From Octopus sinensis (Eukaryota): a stretch of 64,000 bases of DNA. Below, one piece after another: positions 56,848-64,000 of this stretch (positions are counted from its first letter, which is position 1; each line of letters opens with the position of its first letter). Below the pieces are notes generated by a model that worked only from the letters and a program-made list of their open reading frames with translations, was not told the DNA's origin and made no database searches. The position numbers and the translations under genes were made by a program. The stretch spans positions 125,302,001-125,366,000 of the forward strand of contig NC_042997.1 in NCBI RefSeq assembly GCF_006345805.1, read 5' to 3'.

Positions 56848-57123
56848 CACTCTCTCTCCTCTCTCTCTTCTCTCTCTCTCTCTTCTCTCTTCTCTCTCTC
56901 TCTTCTCTCTCTTCTCTCTTCTCTCTCCTCTCTCTCCTCTCTCTATATATATATATAGTTGCTCCCTCCTGTATCCTATGGTATCGTGTGTGGTTGTGTG
57001 TATTTGTCTATGTGTGTGCGTGTGTCTGTGTTTGTACGGGAGCATTTATATCTCTCACCTTCTGTGTCCCTAGCTAAATGCGTCTACATTTCTCCATTTA
57101 ATATGTATTCATCAAACTGCCTA

Positions 57124-57157
<34 letters not shown>

Positions 57158-57452
57158 ACATGCATACATATGTATGCATGAAGTATGTATCTACGTAGAC
57201 ACACACATACACCTATATAATATATATGTGTATATAAATACATGCATACACACTCACATACATACATACATACATACATACATCATACATACATACATAC
57301 ATACATACATACATACATACTGTATATATATATATATTTCCATGTTTATCTATTTCTCTACCTTTCTTACAGTCTATCTAGCTACCTATTTATCCGTCCA
57401 GTTATCTATTTATTCAGTATTCAACAACTAATATGTCACTCTAACCATCTCT

Positions 57453-57555
<103 letters not shown>

Positions 57556-57697
57556 TTATCTCTATCTATCTCTGGCACTCCCTCTCCCTCCCCCTCTCTC
57601 TCTCCTTATATATGTGCGTGTGTGTATTTGTATCTATGAGTGTCACTTTTCCCTTCATTTTCTATCCACCCATCTATCTCTGTATTTTATCTCCCTT

Positions 57698-57749
<52 letters not shown>

Positions 57750-57886
57750 CTTTGTTTGTATGTATGTATGTATATTGTATGTTTGTATGTATGTGCGTGT
57801 GTATGTATCGGTATATATTACTCTATGTTTCTGTATATCTTTCAATATATATGTCTATGCCTAGTGATTAGCTATCTATCAATCTT

Positions 57887-57967
<81 letters not shown>

Positions 57968-60900
57968 GTCGTCCTGGATGTCGACGGCAGCAATGGGTGC
58001 GCTTTTCGACTCGTATCAGTTTACGCACCGCCCTTAACAGTCGGGCGGTTTCTTTCAACGTCTAGAAGTTTTCTTGGGAACGTCTCGTCCTTTACTCTAG
58101 TGGGGGATTGGAATGCTACCTTGGACACCGCATGTAGACTACGTGGGTAGAGATAGGAATAGACGGGGATGCAAATGCCTCAGAGACCTGCTCAGACGCT
58201 TCAACTGTCTGACAGGTTCCGACTAGACCACCCGAATGCGCCAACGTGGACATGGAGCAACCGCATCGGGTCGTCGAGATCGTATCTAGATAGATACTGT
58301 GTAGGACAGTAGATAGAGATAGCATATGTCCACAATTCCACATAGTCAGCTACACGGATCACAAACTTGTGACATGTACGCTAGACTTAGGTAAGACACT
58401 TAGGCAGGGTCCCGGATACTGGAAACTAAACGCGTCTTTCCCATCGAGACAAGTTTTCAGAGACCGGATTAGCACACTAGTAAAGAGGGCTTTGACGGGA
58501 GCCATCATCAACAACAAATGTTGGTTTGCCCTCAAGAGAGCAGTAAAAGCAGAAGCGATTAGGTACAGCAAAGCCTAGCCATAGATAGAAATAGAGTAGA
58601 GGGTGAGCTAGTTAAGAAGCTAGAAGAGGCAATTAGAAGCGGCATCGCATCCGACGTTTTTGGCGGAGAGGTTGGCCCTCGACCAACACTTACGCAACGC
58701 CAACACGAAGGATGTGCTGTCAGAGCTAGGATGCGTGCTCTAAGGAACGAAGGTGTTGGAGCCGCGAGAGAGGCCCGGGTGACAGAGGCGCAACCGGGCA
58801 ACAAAGCCACCATTCGGTCACTGGTAGATGAACAGGGGCGCGAATTGCTCGAGCCAAGTAAAATGTGTGAGGCCTTTCAGCAGCATTTTGCCCGACTGTT
58901 CGGAACGAGTGGAGGGCAAAACGTAGGGTGGACTTCAGTGCCTACCTACATAGCCTACCACGACTCTCGACAAGAAGGCAGGGTGCTGCGAAGGTGCCAT
59001 CACGGCGGCGGAAGTGCGGGAAGCGATGGCAGAATGCTCGAGGGACAATCATCACCGGGTTTGGATGGTCTACCCTACGAGCTTTACAATTGTATGCCAG
59101 ACTGTTTGGAGATCTCTTGGCGGCGGTGTACGCAACTGGCAGCAAAACGGGAGCATTCCTGGTTTTGTGAGCCGAGGAGCCGTAACACTGCTGAAGAAAG
59201 ATCTAAACAAGGGAAATGTAATAGATAACTTTAGGCCATCACTCTGCTTAATGCAGACTTGAAAATTTTGGCCAAGGTGCTAGCCAAGAGGTTGGCGCTT
59301 GTCATCGAGAAACTGGTCGACAAGGCGCAAACATGCGCCGTGCCAGGCCGGACCATCCATGACAACCTCCATCTGATGCGCTACATCATAGACAGGGTAG
59401 TTAACGAACCTGGCATGGGTGGGGCCCTGATCAACTTGGATCAATCGAAAGCCTTTGATAGGGTGGACCATCGATACTTGGAGGCAGTCCTGAGAGCGGC
59501 GGTTTCGGGCCCGTCTTCCGCGGCTGGATAGCTGCCTTGTACAGAGGCATCCGTTCGGTAATTCGCGTAATGGACATCTATCGAGACCTTTCGACATTGC
59601 ACGTTCGGTCCGTCAGGATGCCCCCTCTCGGCGCTTCTCTACGTATTGACTCTTGAGCCACTACTGCGGAAGCTGGCGACTCTAAGGGGCATCCCGCGAG
59701 AATTGGGATGCGGGACGAGCGTGTCTGCATACGCGGACGACGTCACCGTCATAGTGTCTAGCCACGAGCACATCGAGCTGGTCGGCGAGACACGGAAAAA
59801 CTACGAGCGGTGACAGGAGCGAAAATCAACCGGGAAAAGTCAGTGGGCTTGCGACTAGGCACCTGGAGAAGCAAGCCCATGCCGTCCACCAGCGCCTCCG
59901 TCGTGGGACGCTGGACCGACGGCCCGGTTGAGTTGCTCGGGGTCTGTTTTGGTCCGGACCTCCAAGTGGAGAAGAACTGGAACGAGATAACGAGTAGGGT
60001 GGTCACTCTCGCCCGGCAATGGGCCGAGAGGAAACTGTCCCTAAAAGGTCGAGCGGAGGTGGCGAACACGTACATCCGCGTCCGTCATCTACTACCGCCT
60101 GACCGTCGTACCTTGTCCCGACCCTACCATCACCAAACTACACGCATCCTCCTCTTTCGCCTCTTGTGGAAAGGATGCGTCCCGATGGTCAGGCGATCCT
60201 TTGCTGTCAACACCCGTTAAAAGGAGGGCTGGGCATGCCGTGGTTGATGATGCGCAGACACGCGCTGAGACTGCGACATCTCTGGCTCTATGTAGACGAC
60301 GGTGAACAGGTGTGGTCGCCGTTTGTGAGGCACGCTTTCCCGCAGCTCGTCTCCATGACCGAACTGCAGTCGTGGATCAAAAAGAGGCCGAGGAAGGGCG
60401 AATGGCACCGCGAGTGTCGCGTTGCTCTCAAGCACCTCTGCCGTCCTGGGTCGACCTTAAGTGACTTCAACACAAACCAAAGCATTCTATAGGGGTTTAG
60501 TGGAGGGGAGGTACGACGACGAGCTCGGGGCGAACCTGGACGTCGACGAGGAGTACCTGACCCGCCTGTTCGGACGACTTTCGGGCCAGGGCCCATGGAC
60601 AACTTCCAGAGATCCCTGGCCTGGCAGTGCTACCGAGAAGCGCTACCCGTTCGGGATAAGCTCTACAGACACGGCTCGAGAAACACGGGGCCGACCTGCC
60701 CGAGATGCGGTCAGAGCGACGAAACCGTTCTGCACGCACTCGTTCAGTGTCCAACAATTTCCGGCTGTGGGCTTGTGTCGAACAACTGCTGTCACGTGTG
60801 GGACGAGTCGGTTTATCAGCTGAGTCTATCGTCAATATTGTCACGCCTCCTTCCTTCAACGGGAAGGAAGAGCTATTTTCATCATCCTTGTGGCTCTGGC

Positions 60901-61507
60901 GAAGGAATGTATCTGGTGGACGCGTCTGAAAGGATTGGTGACAAACATTTCCTCTCTGGTCAATCTCTCATCACTTCTTCAAGTACCACTTGAAAAGGAA
61001 AGTGAGAGTAGAGAGGCAAGTTTTGTCTAGCGAATGTTTTAAAACAAGATGGGTGAATGTAGCAAGAATGGCACGTATGTATGACGAAGCCACCTTGAGC
61101 ATAGTCCTATGAACCCAGAAATCGAAAACAGAGAGTTGCTTATTTGCAAAAAAAAAAAAAAAAAAAGGAAATATAAAATGTGACTTCATTGACCGAGGTT
61201 ACCGTGGTCTTTTCCGTAGGCTTTTCTTTCCACGGGTAAAACCTCACCTGTCCTCCCCTTTACACTTCATATTGACATTTCTGTGATAACGATCCCTATT
61301 GATCATTTTTTTTTTTTTTTTTCTCCCCCCCTTTTTTTTTTTTTTTTTAACCCCCCTTTTTTTGTCCTCTTTCTCTCCTTTTACGATCCCTTTTGATCGA
61401 AACTTCCCCTTCCTATTTTTTTTTTTTTTTTTTAACCTTCAAAAGAAAAGCTCTACCTTGTAATTTGTTCTATCTGTGTGCAGCCCTGTGTGGCTAATAA
61501 AGAAACA
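57968..61507 (+). mobile_element. Tx1-like (L1 group) LINE copy 1: most of ORF2 (APE endonuclease, RT, CCHC), frameshifted, plus 3' UTR; (TATC)n on both sides
   Basis: FRLVSVYAP..GDWN..TDHK..GPGYWKLN (APE); KILAKVLAKRL..AQT..GRTIHDN..LDQSKAFDRVDH..YADD at 59730 (RT); CPRC..HALVQC; stop at 61110-12; AATAAA at 61496; no poly(A). Confidence 0.95.
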
Positions 61508-61789
61508 TATCTATCTATCTATCTATCTATCTATTTATCTAACTATCTATCTATCTATCTGTCTATCTACCTATTTATCTATATATCTATATATCTATCC
61601 ATCTACCTATCTATCAATCTACCTATCTATCCATCTATCCATCTATCTATCCATCTATCTATCTATCTATCTATCTATCCATTTATCTATCTATCCATCT
61701 GTCTATCTATCTATCTATCTATCAATCTTTCTATCTATCTATCTGTCTGTCTGTCTAACTATCTATCTATCTATCTATCTATCTACCTA

Positions 61790-61844
<55 letters not shown>

Positions 61845-62380
61845 ACCTCCTGTGTATCTACGTGTGCCACTATCTGTTCATGCCATTTTTATTCACTTAC
61901 CTATCTACCTGTGGATAAATTTGTCTTAAGTGTTTTCTCTCTTTATTGTTACATTTTATTACCGTTTCATTTCTTTCTCTCCTTCCTCCTCTCTGTTAAT
62001 ATATTATTTTATATTCCCTTTGCTTACAGACAAGTTTATATCAAAATTTCATTTGCAAATTCTTTGATCTTTCCCATAGCCGCTAAAATCTGCTAAAAAA
62101 ACAATAAATATATTTAAGAACATAGGAAAGCGGGGAAAACACATTTGGTTGATCATCTCTGGATCACGTGAATAGCTTCATTTCCGGCACTTAGACACGA
62201 TGTGTTTTCACTGCTAGTAAAACTTTCCTTTCAATAACCTTAACTTAATCTATTCATTCGCTCAGACAAAACATGTATAAGTGTGTAATATATAATATAT
62301 ATGTTCTGTGTGTGTGGTGTGTGTGTGGTGTGCGTGGGTGGTGTATAATATATTATATAATATTATACATACATATATCT

Positions 62381-62412
<32 letters not shown>

Positions 62413-62816
62413 ATTATATATATATATATTTATATATATATAATATATATATATATATACTATACGTATATACATATACGTATATACATATATACATAAT
62501 ATTATATATGGGTATGCATATATCGATACATGTATGAATATGTATGTAGCATTTATGTTTATGTGTATATGTATGGTTGGATGTATATATGCATGTATGT
62601 ATGTATGTATGTATGTATGTATGTATGTATGTATGTATGTATGTATGTATGCATGTATGTATGTATGTATGTATGTATATGTGTATAGACGCATCTCACT
62701 AGTATCTGTACAAGTCCTAACGCGTTTATACAAGTCGTTTAACTTCTATACAAATGTATAACATAAAAGTGCGTATAAGCATACATATATTCACAATGAA
62801 ATATATATATTATGAA

Positions 62817-62848
<32 letters not shown>

Positions 62849-62894
62849 ATTATATCTATATATATATATATATGATGTATGTATGTATATATAT

Positions 62895-62933
<39 letters not shown>

Positions 62934-62974
62934 TATTATATAATATATACATACATATATATATATAGATAGAT

Positions 62975-63019
<45 letters not shown>

Positions 63020-63030
63020 TATAGATCTAG

Positions 63031-63067
<37 letters not shown>

Positions 63068-63270
63068 CATATATATATATGTGTGTGTGTGTGCGTGTAA
63101 AACGGGTGAAGTATAGAGAGAGGTGGGGGGATGACGTATTGGCTAACAAGAGGATATCTGTACATGTTTGTGTTGCCACGTCTGGCTGTGGGTAAAACTG
63201 AATAGAAAAGACAACATATCTAAATATATGCTGTATATTCTAAATTTTATGCGAAAACAAAATTGAAAAA

Positions 63271-63719
63271 AAAATGGCGCTTGAAATATTATTTCGTCTG
63301 TTTAGTTGTCAACCAATCAGATTTGTTCTTTCGAATTTGTAGGTATCACTGAAACACTGATTCATTACCTACGTAACCATCAACCAATCAAGATGATATT
63401 TTGGCAGGACGAATTTCAGCCAATAGCATTGCTCATAGCATTGAGTGAATAAATACCAGGTAATCTGATCGATTTTTCTCATCTCTCCTTCTTTGTTTAT
63501 TTTTCTTTTTTCTTTAGGGTTTGTTGTGAAAGCGTCAGTGTTACATGTATTATAGGGCAAGTTAAGATTTGCTCTCACATCGCTATCTACTTAATCTGTG
63601 TTGCAGTATAAACTACAAGTATGTACTCGCTGATACTTTTATGACTGTTCTATCCATAAGGGACAAGACATGAGAATGTCATATCCAGGTTTTTTTCCTC
63701 GAGGGTATTAATGACGTCA
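63271..63719 (+). promoter_or_regulatory. Promoter-like motif cluster: YY1-type AAAATGGCG, three CCAAT boxes, palindromic CRE
   Basis: aaaatggcgc at 63271; aaccaatcag at 63311; aaccaatcaa at 63382; agccaatagc at 63418; tgacgtca at 63712, in non-repetitive-looking DNA. Confidence 0.3.
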
Positions 63720-64000
63720 ATGAAAGAATATTCGTTCGGATGGAATCGTAAAAGACGATGTAGGTTAGATGTATTGCCAGTGTGTTTTATTTTTACTCTA
63801 CTTTATACCACGTTTAGTTAACAATAGCGTCGTGCATTTTCAACTTGTCATCTACTGCTTCCCGGCGTTTAGCAGAGAGTAATAAGGGATTTTCTATGTA
63901 ACATGGGTGGAACAAATACCATTGGAGACACCACTCGAAAGTAAAGGTGTATCGGTTTTCTTGAAATCAGTTTAATTTCACATGCGGCATTAATAAGACT

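Overview
This is eukaryotic, AT-rich, gene-poor DNA, probably intergenic or intronic. The SINE families and the extreme (TA)n/(CA)n/(GATA)n/(TATG)n load resemble Octopus (inference, not a database result). I find no intact host protein-coding gene, rRNA, true tRNA or CRISPR array, and almost all ORFs in the track are microsatellite artefacts. The real coding remnants are all transposon-derived: three Tx1-like LINE copies, each 5'-truncated at a different point and embedded on both sides in (TATC)n; a young Penelope-like element (PLE; RT + GIY-YIG) with a 1.33-kb inverted arm and two canonical minimal hammerhead ribozymes (HHRs); older PLE relics; about ten HHR-like motifs in all, five with intact cores; two R4/Dong-like restriction-endonuclease LINE fragments; four mariner/Tc1 derivatives; MITE-like foldbacks; and more than 20 tRNA-derived SINE copies. 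The most promising leads are an apparently (TATC)n/(GATA)n-specific Tx1 LINE, short HHR-bearing modules inserted in microsatellites, and possible partitioning of microsatellite types among retroelement families. Coordinates of decayed repeats are approximate and all alignments were done by eye.
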